Below, one piece after another: positions 29,580-37,896 of a stretch of 64,000 nt of DNA. A program made the position numbers and the translations under genes. Source of the DNA: an uncultured bacterium. GTDB lineage: Bacteria; Oederibacteriota; Oederibacteriia; Oederibacteriales; Oederibacteriaceae. The notes under the pieces were generated by a model, which was not told the DNA's origin, did not search any database, and saw nothing but the letters and a program-made list of their open reading frames with translations. The DNA is taken from contig OZ218778.1 of NCBI GenBank assembly GCA_965112635.1, positions 2,464,001 through 2,528,000 on the forward strand. Reading direction: 5' to 3'. Within the stretch, counting starts at the first letter, position 1. Each line of letters begins with the position of its first letter.

Positions 29580-29783
29580 TTACAATTGCCGCTTCAAATT
29601 ATCAACTTGCCGCTCTAATTGTTTTATCTGATCATCTTCGTTTTTTATCCGCGAGTCAAAATCGCGCATTTTGGATTCTTTGTCCCGGTTTATACCCTCA
29701 ATGGTTCTCTGACGATTTTGAATCTGTATCGAAAAATTCTGAATTTGGCGGGAAATTTCCTCAGTTTTATGTGGATCATTCAT
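29580..29783 (-). CDS. Small coiled-coil hypothetical protein
   Basis: 67 aa with a heptad pattern and a strong RBS (AGGAGGTGA). Confidence 0.65.
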   Translation of the reverse strand: MNDPHKTEEISRQIQNFSIQIQNRQRTIEGINRDKESKMRDFDSRIKNEDDQIKQLERQVDNLKRQL

Positions 29784-29863
29784 GATCTAAATCACCTCCT
29801 CTCTCATTAATTTAGGTTCTAAAATCATCATCATACTAATCTATATTTCAACTGACTACCTAC

Positions 29864-30325
29864 TCAATCCTTAAACAAAATAGCTGGCCACATCGTATCC
29901 ATAACAGGCTTTTCCACCTTCCTGGACATATCTTCAAGCTCAGAAACACCCTTCATTATGCCTGCTCGCCCAAAAGAATCATCCGCAAAGGCCTTTGCAC
30001 CACACCGCCGACAGGATAACAACCATGGGAAACCTTCTTTTTTTATGCAATCTACATCTAAGTAATCTAAGAACTCTAAGAATATACCGACATTTTCCTG
30101 CGGTAATGGTTCTTTACCTGGCCATACCGAATTAGGTATTAACTTTTTCTGCTCCAGCAGTCTCCTAGCTATAAAGCGGTCTTCCTGGTCGCCTTCCTTT
30201 ATCCTGCGGGTCTCATCATATTCTCCCGCGATATAAAACTCTGTAAAATTACCGCAGGTTGGGCATCGTCCCTTCGCTTCAGCAAACAGATTTGTAATTT
30301 CTATATCTGTATTGTCCATATACAT
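29864..30325 (-). CDS. Hypothetical protein with two CxxC pairs (possible Zn-binding)
   Basis: CPTCG and CRRCG. RBS AGGAGG. Starts 9 bp after the ATPase stop. Confidence 0.65.
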   Translation of the reverse strand: MYMDNTDIEITNLFAEAKGRCPTCGNFTEFYIAGEYDETRRIKEGDQEDRFIARRLLEQKKLIPNSVWPGKEPLPQENVGIFLEFLDYLDVDCIKKEGFPWLLSCRRCGAKAFADDSFGRAGIMKGVSELEDMSRKVEKPVMDTMWPAILFKD

Positions 30326-30334
30326 AGTAACCTC

Positions 30335-31591
30335 CTATGCTTCCACCCGGACTTTTCCCTGTGCTTCCGAGAATCCGATAGCTTTATGCTGAGCTTCCAC
30401 AAAATCCAGAGCATGCGCCGCGTGGCTCTCGCGGATGATAAGCTTGCCGTCAGAGACAGCAGGCTCCTGTCTGCCGGACGAGATCATACAGCGATAGGCT
30501 ACTTCTTTGACTTGAGCGCAGGAATAATCCTTGGTCTTACGCACAAAGTAATCTACGGACAACGGCGCTTCCAGAACCGCGTCTTTCAGCATCCGGATTA
30601 AGAGTTCTTTCCGCGCATCCTCGGTAGGGTTGTCAAAATGAATTTTGATGTCAAACCTTCCAGGACGCGCCGCCAGCGCCTTATCCAACAAAGTCACGTC
30701 GTTGGTTGTGGCCATAGTAACCACTCCGTCGTTCACCTCCAGCCCATCCATCTGATTGAGCAACTCTCCCAGCATCCCCCCCTCATCGTAACGACGGTCT
30801 CCTGAGAAAAGGTCTATATCCTCAAAAAGGATCAGGGCAGGCACCATATCACGGGCAAAATCGTAGATATCGCTTATGTTGTTACGTCCGTATCCCATAT
30901 TCTGACCCGCAGTCAGCCAGATAACATTGAGGCCGGACAAACTGGCAATGATCTTGGCCGCCAGGGTTTTGCCGTTGCCCGGCGCTCCGTAAAGAAGCAG
31001 TCCCCTTTTGTAGGGAATACCGTGTTTGACAAAAAAATCCCTCTGACCTTTAAAATTAACCACATTCTCCAGCAGCATGTTTTTCACCGGTTCCGGCAGG
31101 ATAATGTCATTCCAGGTGTATTCTTTTTCCAGTTCAAAAATGGTCCCGTCATCCTTGAAAATACATCCCTTGAAAGATTTGGCCTTTTTCTCCAACTCTC
31201 CTAGAAAAGTCTGGCCCCACTTAAGGTTCTTTTCGGCGAACATAACCACAAAGGAACTCCTAATGAACTCTTTATTGAACACAGGCTCCACCACAAACTT
31301 TTCACCAGCCGGTCCTTCCAAAAAATAGCAGCCCGTGCCTTTTTCCTCGGTTTTGTCGGACCGGACCACCTCACTAAAAGGCAGAATTTTTGGCTCGTTC
31401 GATGAACGGTACTTTTCTTTAAAAAGCATATTGAAAGCGCGGTAAACAGCCCCATTCATGAAGTGCGGGAATGTTTTTTTGATACAGTTGATGCGTTGGT
31501 CTTCCAGCCCCAAAAATTTATTGAGCGCCTCCCTCCTGTCTCGTTCCATTTTTCTTTCATGCAAAACCACTGTTGTTTTATCCATAACCAT
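30335..31591 (-). CDS. AAA-family ATPase (classic AAA clade, no protease domain)
   Basis: PYKRGLLLYGAPGNGKT (Walker A), LILFEDID (Walker B), LLNQMDG, and TTN...LDKALAARPGRFD. Confidence 0.92.
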   Translation of the reverse strand: MVMDKTTVVLHERKMERDRREALNKFLGLEDQRINCIKKTFPHFMNGAVYRAFNMLFKEKYRSSNEPKILPFSEVVRSDKTEEKGTGCYFLEGPAGEKFVVEPVFNKEFIRSSFVVMFAEKNLKWGQTFLGELEKKAKSFKGCIFKDDGTIFELEKEYTWNDIILPEPVKNMLLENVVNFKGQRDFFVKHGIPYKRGLLLYGAPGNGKTLAAKIIASLSGLNVIWLTAGQNMGYGRNNISDIYDFARDMVPALILFEDIDLFSGDRRYDEGGMLGELLNQMDGLEVNDGVVTMATTNDVTLLDKALAARPGRFDIKIHFDNPTEDARKELLIRMLKDAVLEAPLSVDYFVRKTKDYSCAQVKEVAYRCMISSGRQEPAVSDGKLIIRESHAAHALDFVEAQHKAIGFSEAQGKVRVEA

Positions 31592-31636
31592 CCTCCCTAC
31601 TTTCTAATCCCAATCCCCGCCTAAAATCATATCCCA

Positions 31637-31686
31637 ATTCTGCTCTCCCCCATCCCCCCTGTCAAACATTTCCGGATTTTATCTAT
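31637..31686 (-). promoter_or_regulatory. Promoter copy 1 (TTGACA-17-CAGAAT) upstream of the AAA ATPase
   Basis: 40/50 identical to 32137-32186. Confidence 0.55.
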
Positions 31687-31747
31687 TTCGGCGTTACGGC
31701 GATCGCCGAATGGCCGAAGGGTTGAAGAACCTAAATGGTTCTTCAAC
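31687..31747. other. Two inverted repeats between arsR and the ATPase promoter
   Basis: TTCGGCG-N10-CGCCGAA (31687-31710) and perfect GTTGAAGAACC-taaat-GGTTCTTCAAC (31721-31747). Confidence 0.5.
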
Positions 31748-31790
31748 GGGTCTCTACAAGAATCCTTATAAAAAGAGACCCAGGATTATA

Positions 31791-32105
31791 TTAATAATTT
31801 GAGGCGGGTTTACCTGATTGCTCCACATATTTCTTGAGTGTTTCAATGATAGCTCTGGCCTCTTTCCTGTATTTGACCCGGTACATGATTTGATTGCCTC
31901 TGGCCTCAAAACGGACCAGGTCCGCAAGCCTCATGTTTTTCAAATGTCCTGAAATAGTAGAAACCGTCCTATGGGTTTTCTTGGCTAACTCAGAGGGTGC
32001 ATATCTTGGTTTTTCTAGCAGGGCTTCCAATATTTTGTAGGTCACCGGATTCCCCAAAATGTGGCACAGCCTGGAACACCTGAAACTGCTTTCCTTTAGA
32101 GCCAT
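31791..32105 (-). CDS. ArsR/SmtB-family winged-helix regulator
   Basis: ILGNPVTYKILEAL...PSELAK...STISGHLKNMRLADLV...GNQIMY. Confidence 0.88.
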   Translation of the reverse strand: MALKESSFRCSRLCHILGNPVTYKILEALLEKPRYAPSELAKKTHRTVSTISGHLKNMRLADLVRFEARGNQIMYRVKYRKEARAIIETLKKYVEQSGKPASNY

Positions 32106-32136
32106 ATTCTCCCCCTTAATAACTTATTTAAATCTG

Positions 32137-32186
32137 ATTTTGCTCCCCGTCTTCCCCCATGTCAAACCTTTCCCGCTTTTTTCTAT
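32137..32186 (-). promoter_or_regulatory. Promoter copy 2 (TTGACA-17-CAAAAT) upstream of arsR
   Basis: Direct repeat of 31637-31686, offset exactly 500 bp. Confidence 0.55.
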
Positions 32187-32205
32187 GACCTCTGCCCCAA
32201 AGCCA

Positions 32206-32239
32206 GATTGCTTCGTCGCTCAAGCTCCTCGCAATGACT
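32206..32239. repeat. REP-like palindrome half (GATTGCTTCGTCGC...CTCGCAATGAC type)
   Basis: GATTGCTTCGTCGCTCAAGCTCCTCGCAATGACT matches a widespread intergenic repeat family. Confidence 0.7.
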
Positions 32240-32327
32240 TCATAATTAAACTGGGGGAACAAAAAGAAGAAAACCACTGATATAATAATGATGTAAACAT
32301 TCTGAGACCTATCCTAAGGAATACCAT

Positions 32328-33386
32328 ATGTACCTGCGAGTATTAGCTTTACTGCTCCTGCTCATGACTTTGAGCCTGACCTTGTACCTTGGCCAGCCGG
32401 TACTGTTAGCCCTATCCCTGCTCTGGGTCCTGACTGTCTGTTCCTTCTATATTTGGATGGAAAGGTCAGGCAAGGTTTCCGTGGCCCGCACCTTTTATTT
32501 CGCCTGCCTGTCCCTGTTTTTCCTGCTGAACCTGCATCTATCCACCAGGACCGAAAGCACGTTTGTCCCCTACTGCCACATCAGCTTGGCCGCCAATTTT
32601 CTCAATAACGGTTACAGCCAGCTCCTCAGTGTAATCAACGCTACTTATTTTAAATACGGAGTCTTGAGCCTAGGCGTGCTCTGGCTGCTGGTTGTATTGG
32701 TCAATGGCGGTGGATTTTGCAGCTGGGTCTGCTTTTTTGGGGGCATTGATGACACCCTGTCCCAGGTCTTAAAAAAACCTTTGCTCAAGATTCCTGATAC
32801 CAAAAGGATACGGGAGTTCCAGCTGGCCTTTTTTATCTTTCTAGTCCTAGTTTCCTTTATATATTTTGAACCAGTCTTTTGCCAGTGGGTTTGTCCCCTG
32901 AAAATAACCGGCGAAAACTTGGACCCCGATTCTCCGTCCTACTCCCTGCAGGTGGCCTCCTATGTTTCCATCGGCGGGGTATTTCTGCTGGGACTTCCCC
33001 TGCTGACCAAAAAAAGGACTTTCTGCAGTATGATCTGTCCCTTTGGCTCCCTTCCGCCTCTTTTGCATAAGCTCACGCCGTACAAGATAACTATCAAAGC
33101 GGACCAATGTATCGGCTGCGGGAAATGCGCTGAGGCCTGCCCCAGCTTTGCCATAGAAAAAATAGAAAAACAGGGCAAGATTTTCCAGGCCAGCCAATAC
33201 TGTACCCTTTGCTACCGCTGCATACCCGCCTGCCCGGAGAAAGCCATTATCCCCACGCTGTTCCACAAAAAGTCCAGCCCCCTGCTTCCTTTTATATCCC
33301 TGTGCTTCGGCGGCGCCCTTTCCCTGTTCTACGTTCCCGGCGGGATACTGGCCCTGTTAAATCTTTTAAAGGCGGTGGCCCGATGA
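32328..33386 (+). CDS. Membrane 4Fe-4S-binding protein (NapH/MauN-like)
   Basis: Several TM segments. FCSWVCFFG, FCQWVCP and FCSMICPFG motifs. Ferredoxin motifs CIGCGKCAEACP and CTLCYRCIPACP. Confidence 0.88.
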   Translation: MYLRVLALLLLLMTLSLTLYLGQPVLLALSLLWVLTVCSFYIWMERSGKVSVARTFYFACLSLFFLLNLHLSTRTESTFVPYCHISLAANFLNNGYSQLLSVINATYFKYGVLSLGVLWLLVVLVNGGGFCSWVCFFGGIDDTLSQVLKKPLLKIPDTKRIREFQLAFFIFLVLVSFIYFEPVFCQWVCPLKITGENLDPDSPSYSLQVASYVSIGGVFLLGLPLLTKKRTFCSMICPFGSLPPLLHKLTPYKITIKADQCIGCGKCAEACPSFAIEKIEKQGKIFQASQYCTLCYRCIPACPEKAIIPTLFHKKSSPLLPFISLCFGGALSLFYVPGGILALLNLLKAVAR

Positions 33387-33997
33387 TCAAGACCAGCCTG
33401 GAAGGACTTGTTTTGGGTTTGACCATCGGCGGTTATTGCACGGCCTTTTGCTCGCCGTTTATTTTTCCCTATCTTCTGACCGGCCCTCGGGCAACTCTCC
33501 GTCACAAGATCTTTATTTTCACGGAGTTCACCTTGGGCCGTCTGGCCGCCTACCTTGTCTTTGCCGCAGCCACCGTGCTCCTGGGCCGGTCTTTACAAAA
33601 TATTCTGACGCCCCGGATCAAGGGAACGCTTCTCATCCTGGCCGCTCTAGTGGTCCTGATCTATTCGGTTTGGTGCCTGTTCCGTGAGCAGGCCTGCAAC
33701 GCCTGCCTGCACACCCGGGTCTCCCTAAAAAGCCTTCCCTGGCTGACCGGTTTTTTTCTGGGCATCAACCTGTGTCCGCCCTTTGCCCTGGCCCTGGTCC
33801 AGGCGATCAGCATCAAAGACCTTGTGCCCACGGCCCTGTATTTTATCTCTCTTTTCATCGGGACGACCTTATACCTGACACCGGCGCCGTTCATTATCAA
33901 CCTTTTGCCTCAGCAAACCTTTAAACGGGTCGGTGCTTATCTGGGTGTTTTGACCGGCATCTGGTTCACCCTGCAAGGAGTTATATCTGTATTATGA
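33383..33997 (+). CDS. DsbD_2/TauE-like membrane protein with conserved cysteines
   Basis: ATG 33383 overlaps the previous stop. GLVLGLTIGGYCTAFCSP, GRLAAY and GFFLGINLCPPF. Confidence 0.75.
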   Translation: MIKTSLEGLVLGLTIGGYCTAFCSPFIFPYLLTGPRATLRHKIFIFTEFTLGRLAAYLVFAAATVLLGRSLQNILTPRIKGTLLILAALVVLIYSVWCLFREQACNACLHTRVSLKSLPWLTGFFLGINLCPPFALALVQAISIKDLVPTALYFISLFIGTTLYLTPAPFIINLLPQQTFKRVGAYLGVLTGIWFTLQGVISVL

Positions 33998-34011
33998 CCA
34001 GAAAAATTAAA

Positions 34012-34096
34012 TCCTCCCCTTTGTAAGGGGAGGAAAAAGGTGGGGTAGATCGGCAGACCGGTCTACCTCCCCTACCCCTCCTTACAAAGGAGGGGT
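34012..34096. repeat. REP/MITE-like composite palindrome
   Basis: Hairpins TCCTCCCCTT-tgt-AAGGGGAGGA and ACCCCTCCTT-aca-AAGGAGGGGT in inverted orientation around GGTAGATCGG-caga-CCGGTCTACC. Confidence 0.7.
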
Positions 34097-34119
34097 AATT
34101 AAGGAGTAGCGCAAATATT

Positions 34120-36276
34120 ATGATCATTGCTTATGGCATCCTCACTCTAATGAGCCAGACCATCCTGCTGCAGGAACTCTCTGTCTTGTTCCGCAGGAAT
34201 GAAGTGGTCCTGGGCATCCTTTTCTTTTCCTGGCTGTGCGGGAGCGGCCTGGGCAGTTCCTTTTTCCGCTTTTTGCCGGACCGCTTGAAAACTTGGGAAA
34301 AGCTTCCTGACTGGACAGCCTGCGCCACGGCCTGGCTTGTCTTTGTCCTTATCTTTATCATCCGAGCCATCTTTGGGTTCTACCAGTTCTCCGCCCTGCC
34401 CAACCTCGTTTATATCTCCCTTATCTCATTTTGCCTCATCGCGCCCGTCAGCTTTTTGATCGGCCTTTGCTTTACCGCCTATTGCGCCAGAAACCCCTCC
34501 CACCTGTCCCTCAACCAGGTCTTTCTCTTGGAATCTCTGGGCGCTTTTATAGGCGGTATGGTCATCACCTTTTCCACGGATAACAGGCCGGACGCTCTCA
34601 TCTATGCCTTTAGCCTGATAGTCGTGCTCCATGTTTTTATGGCCAGGCGCCATTCCTCTCCGCTGGTTTCCCTGCTTATTTCCATCTTCCTGGTCTTCCT
34701 GATCCTCAACCTTTTCCCCGGTTTTTCCAATGGTTTTATCCAGCTCAGCCGCAAGCTACAGTTCCGCCATTCCCAGGTTCTGAACACCCAGCCGTCGGTT
34801 TACGGCGACCTGACCACGGTCCAGAACCAGAACCTCAAGACAACTTATTACAACGGAGAAAACTTATTCTCCTGGGACACTTTGCCCTATGAGGAAACCG
34901 GACTTCTGCCAGCCCTGGCCGCACCATCAACCAAAAAAATATTGGTGCTGGGCTTTTGCTCCCCGCCCCAGCTCCAGCAGCTTTTGAGATTTAAACCCCA
35001 GGAGATCACCCTGATCTTCCAGGACAACAAACTGGACCTCCTTTTGGACGCTTATTTTGACCAAAACAACCCCTGGCCGGGAGCCACGGCCTTGGGGACC
35101 ATTCACGCCGACCCTTTCCGCTGGCCCAGCCATGGCAGAGAACAGTACGACCTTGTGCTCATTGCCAAGGAATTGCCCACGAGCCTGGCGGACAACCGCT
35201 ATTTCTCGGACAATTTTTTGTCACGGGTCCGGGAGGTTCTCAATCCCAATGGCGTGGCTGTCCTAAGCCTTCGTTATGAGGAGAACTTTTCCGACCCCTA
35301 TACCCTGGCCAACTTCCGCATTATCCGCGACACCTTGCGGACTTGTTTTAGCGAGGTCGCTTTTATACCGGCGGAAAAATTCTATTTTTTCGCTTCCAAT
35401 TCCCCCCTCAAACTCACCAGCCTGGATTTGCTCGGCAAATTGAAAAAGCTCCACCCAGCCCCCTTGACCCTGAACAAACCCTATCTGGACGAATACATTG
35501 CTCCCGAAAGACTGTGCAAGTTTGACGGGCTCCTGGATTCCGCGGGCAACAAAACAGTCAACCATCTTTTTTCCATGAGCTTGTACCTCAACAGCCTCAA
35601 AAAACAGCTCAAAGCGGACTTGCGTCAATCCTGGTTTGCTTTGGCCCTCCTGGCTGTCCTGGTCCTGTCTTTGCTCGGCGCCAAAATGCAAAATCTCAAA
35701 CACCTATTTTTGGCCGACCGGCATTCCCTTTATTTGTTTTTCCTGGGTTTCAATGCGATGACCGGCGAGATCCTGCTTCTTCTTTTTTACCAGTCTGTCA
35801 GCGGGTTCATCTATTTCTACTACGCCTTTATAACTGCCGCTTTCATGCTGGGGCTCAGTTTGGGCAGCGGCTACACGCTTATCTTTAAGCAAACCAAGGC
35901 TTTCCAACGCTTGATGTTCGCCTGCCTTAGCGTGCTCTGGGTGCTGGCCATCGGCCTTCTTTACCAGGGTCTTTTTTCATCCACTTTCAAGGTCCTTTCC
36001 ATCCCCCTGGTGGTACAGCTCTTGAATATTGTGGGAGGGTTCTTCCTGGGAGCGGCGTTCAATCTTGAAGGCCAGGCCGCATACAAACTCGACAACTCCG
36101 CCCTAAACTTGTCTCCCCGGCTTTATTCTTTCGACCTTTTTGGCTCCAGCCTGGCCGCCCTGCTCGTGCCTTTGGTGTGCATTCCTTTGATGGGGATGAC
36201 CGCCACGGCCTTTTTGAGCGCCCTGTTGCTTCTCGCTGTCATTTCTTCGCAGGGGAGGCTTAGCCGTGAACCTTAA
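34120..36276 (+). CDS. Membrane-embedded spermidine-synthase-like protein (fused MFS-like/SAM-binding fold)
   Basis: QTILLQELSVLF..NE, FLLESLGAFIGG, SVYGDL, YDLVLI, NRYFS..F...LNPNGV, YQSVSGFIY and LYSFDLFGS. Confidence 0.75.
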   Translation: MIIAYGILTLMSQTILLQELSVLFRRNEVVLGILFFSWLCGSGLGSSFFRFLPDRLKTWEKLPDWTACATAWLVFVLIFIIRAIFGFYQFSALPNLVYISLISFCLIAPVSFLIGLCFTAYCARNPSHLSLNQVFLLESLGAFIGGMVITFSTDNRPDALIYAFSLIVVLHVFMARRHSSPLVSLLISIFLVFLILNLFPGFSNGFIQLSRKLQFRHSQVLNTQPSVYGDLTTVQNQNLKTTYYNGENLFSWDTLPYEETGLLPALAAPSTKKILVLGFCSPPQLQQLLRFKPQEITLIFQDNKLDLLLDAYFDQNNPWPGATALGTIHADPFRWPSHGREQYDLVLIAKELPTSLADNRYFSDNFLSRVREVLNPNGVAVLSLRYEENFSDPYTLANFRIIRDTLRTCFSEVAFIPAEKFYFFASNSPLKLTSLDLLGKLKKLHPAPLTLNKPYLDEYIAPERLCKFDGLLDSAGNKTVNHLFSMSLYLNSLKKQLKADLRQSWFALALLAVLVLSLLGAKMQNLKHLFLADRHSLYLFFLGFNAMTGEILLLLFYQSVSGFIYFYYAFITAAFMLGLSLGSGYTLIFKQTKAFQRLMFACLSVLWVLAIGLLYQGLFSSTFKVLSIPLVVQLLNIVGGFFLGAAFNLEGQAAYKLDNSALNLSPRLYSFDLFGSSLAALLVPLVCIPLMGMTATAFLSALLLLAVISSQGRLSREP

Positions 36277-37402
36277 AGCGCGCCACTATGCCCTTCTTGG
36301 CCTGTCCCTGGCCATAACCTCATTGTTTCTAGGACTGTTTTTAAGCCAAAGATCTCCCTGCGTGTTCTCTCTTGCTCCGGCCAATCCGTCCTATGCCAGG
36401 CCGGCTCATTTCTGGAAAAAAGCGGATATGGGTGTCCAGTGCCGACTCTGCCCTTTTAATTGTTTTTTGCCGGAGGGGGCCAAGGGAAAATGCCGCGTGC
36501 GCATGAACAAGGACGGCAAGCTTTATACCGAGGTTTATGGCCAGGCTGTATCCATCAATGTCGACCCTATTGAAAAAAAACCGGTCTTCCATATGCTCCC
36601 CGGCTCCCGCATCCTGTCCCTGGCCACGGTCGGCTGCCCCCTGCGCTGCACCTTTTGCCAGAACTGGTCTTTGTCCCAGTCCTTTCCCGAAGAGGTCAAG
36701 TCAACCCAACTCACCTCTCCTGAGGACATCGTCAAGGCCGCCCTGGCTTATCACATCCCCTCCATTGCCTACACCTACAGCGAACCAGTCATTTTCTACG
36801 AGTACATGCTGGAAACAGCCCGCCTGGCCAAACAAAACGGACTGCGCAATGTCATGGTCACTTCGGGCTATATCAACCCGGAGCCTCTAGCCGCGCTCGC
36901 GCCTTATTTTGACGTCATTAAGGTGGACCTCAAAGGGATGGACGAAAAGTTCTACAGGGATGATGTGGGTGGACGGCTGGATGCGGTCCTCACCAGCCTC
37001 AAGCTCCTCAAAAAATTGAACGTGCTGACCGAGGTGGTCAATTTGGTGGTCCCCGGCCGCAACGACAGTGCCGGGGATTTCGAAAAGCTTAGCCAATGGG
37101 TGTACGACAACCTGGGGCCCGACACGCCTTTGTTCTTTTCCCGGTTCCACCCGGACTACAAGCTCAGCAACCTTCCGCCCACGCCAATCGAAACGCTGGA
37201 ACAGGCGCGCAACATCGCCATGAAAATCGGCTTGCGCTTCGTCTATCTCGGCAATGTGCCCGGCAGCGATGGCGAAAACACCTACTGCCCGCATTGCCAT
37301 GCTTTATTGGTCAAAAGGGTAGGTTATGATATCCAGCAGAACAACCTGAAACACGGCCGCTGCCCTGTATGCGGCACCAAGATACCGGGGATTTGGGACT
37401 AG
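36266..37402 (+). CDS. amrS: AmmeMemoRadiSam system radical SAM enzyme
   Basis: CRLCPFNC, VDPIEKKPVFH, GCPLRCTFCQNW (CX3CX2C), IAYTYSEP, FSRFHPDYKL, VYLGNV and TYCPHC. Confidence 0.93.
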   Translation: MNLKARHYALLGLSLAITSLFLGLFLSQRSPCVFSLAPANPSYARPAHFWKKADMGVQCRLCPFNCFLPEGAKGKCRVRMNKDGKLYTEVYGQAVSINVDPIEKKPVFHMLPGSRILSLATVGCPLRCTFCQNWSLSQSFPEEVKSTQLTSPEDIVKAALAYHIPSIAYTYSEPVIFYEYMLETARLAKQNGLRNVMVTSGYINPEPLAALAPYFDVIKVDLKGMDEKFYRDDVGGRLDAVLTSLKLLKKLNVLTEVVNLVVPGRNDSAGDFEKLSQWVYDNLGPDTPLFFSRFHPDYKLSNLPPTPIETLEQARNIAMKIGLRFVYLGNVPGSDGENTYCPHCHALLVKRVGYDIQQNNLKHGRCPVCGTKIPGIWD

Positions 37403-37496
37403 CCCTTATACCCCAATCCTAAAACCCCTTTATTAACGCCTCAAAATAAAGGAGATTTATACCCCAAAATGAGGTTTAGGCATGGTTGCAAGGGAG

Positions 37497-37886
37497 TTAA
37501 CTCCCGAGATGTAAATCCGCCAAAAACTCTCTGGTTTGCTGATGGCCCACCCCAAAAGTTTCACTGCGAAGATACCCGTCGTCTGAAACAAGGATAATGC
37601 TTTCCTTTGGTACCTCTTCCTGGTCTATCCATTTCCTTATCTCCGCATCGGCATGATTGCTGTAAACAAAGGAAATATTGGAGGATATTTGCTCAGTTTC
37701 ACTGTGTGGGGCCTGGCGCGAATCCCAGAATACGATGATATTTTTAATATCCTGGTCCGTCTGGATAAGGGTTTTAAGCAGCTTGTAAAGAGCGTAACGC
37801 TGGTCTTCTTTAGTCTTGGCCTGGAAAAGCTTTTTCCCTGCTTGGCTCATGGTGAGATTGTAACCATCTATGAGATAGGTCTTCAC
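37497..37886 (-). CDS. NYN/YacP-like PIN-fold nuclease domain protein
   Basis: YLIDGYNL, VFWD, ADAEI and LVSDD. Confidence 0.8.
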   Translation of the reverse strand: MKTYLIDGYNLTMSQAGKKLFQAKTKEDQRYALYKLLKTLIQTDQDIKNIIVFWDSRQAPHSETEQISSNISFVYSNHADAEIRKWIDQEEVPKESIILVSDDGYLRSETFGVGHQQTREFLADLHLGS

Positions 37887-37896
37887 TTTATGTCCC

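Larger units (their letters stand above)
24237..32239. mobile_element. Putative ~8 kb accessory or defence island (no integrase seen)
   Basis: Seven co-oriented minus-strand genes interrupt a plus-strand functional locus. Visibly AT-rich core (27.1-30.3 kb). REP-like halves at both ends. Confidence 0.55.

Noticed and set aside
27104-30334. Integron cassette array
   Set aside because: The short intergenic gaps show no attC-like inverted cores, and there is no integrase.
33209-33382. Extended N-terminus of ORF 33209..33997 (similarly 48309, 59265, 45830, 38877)
   Set aside because: The extensions overlap upstream genes or regulatory DNA. Downstream ATGs with an RBS or stop-start coupling fit the family N-termini better.
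37406-37480. TTATACCCCAA repeated twice between convergent genes
   Set aside because: Only two 11-bp copies. Could be a target-site scar or part of a terminator, but there is too little to support a call.
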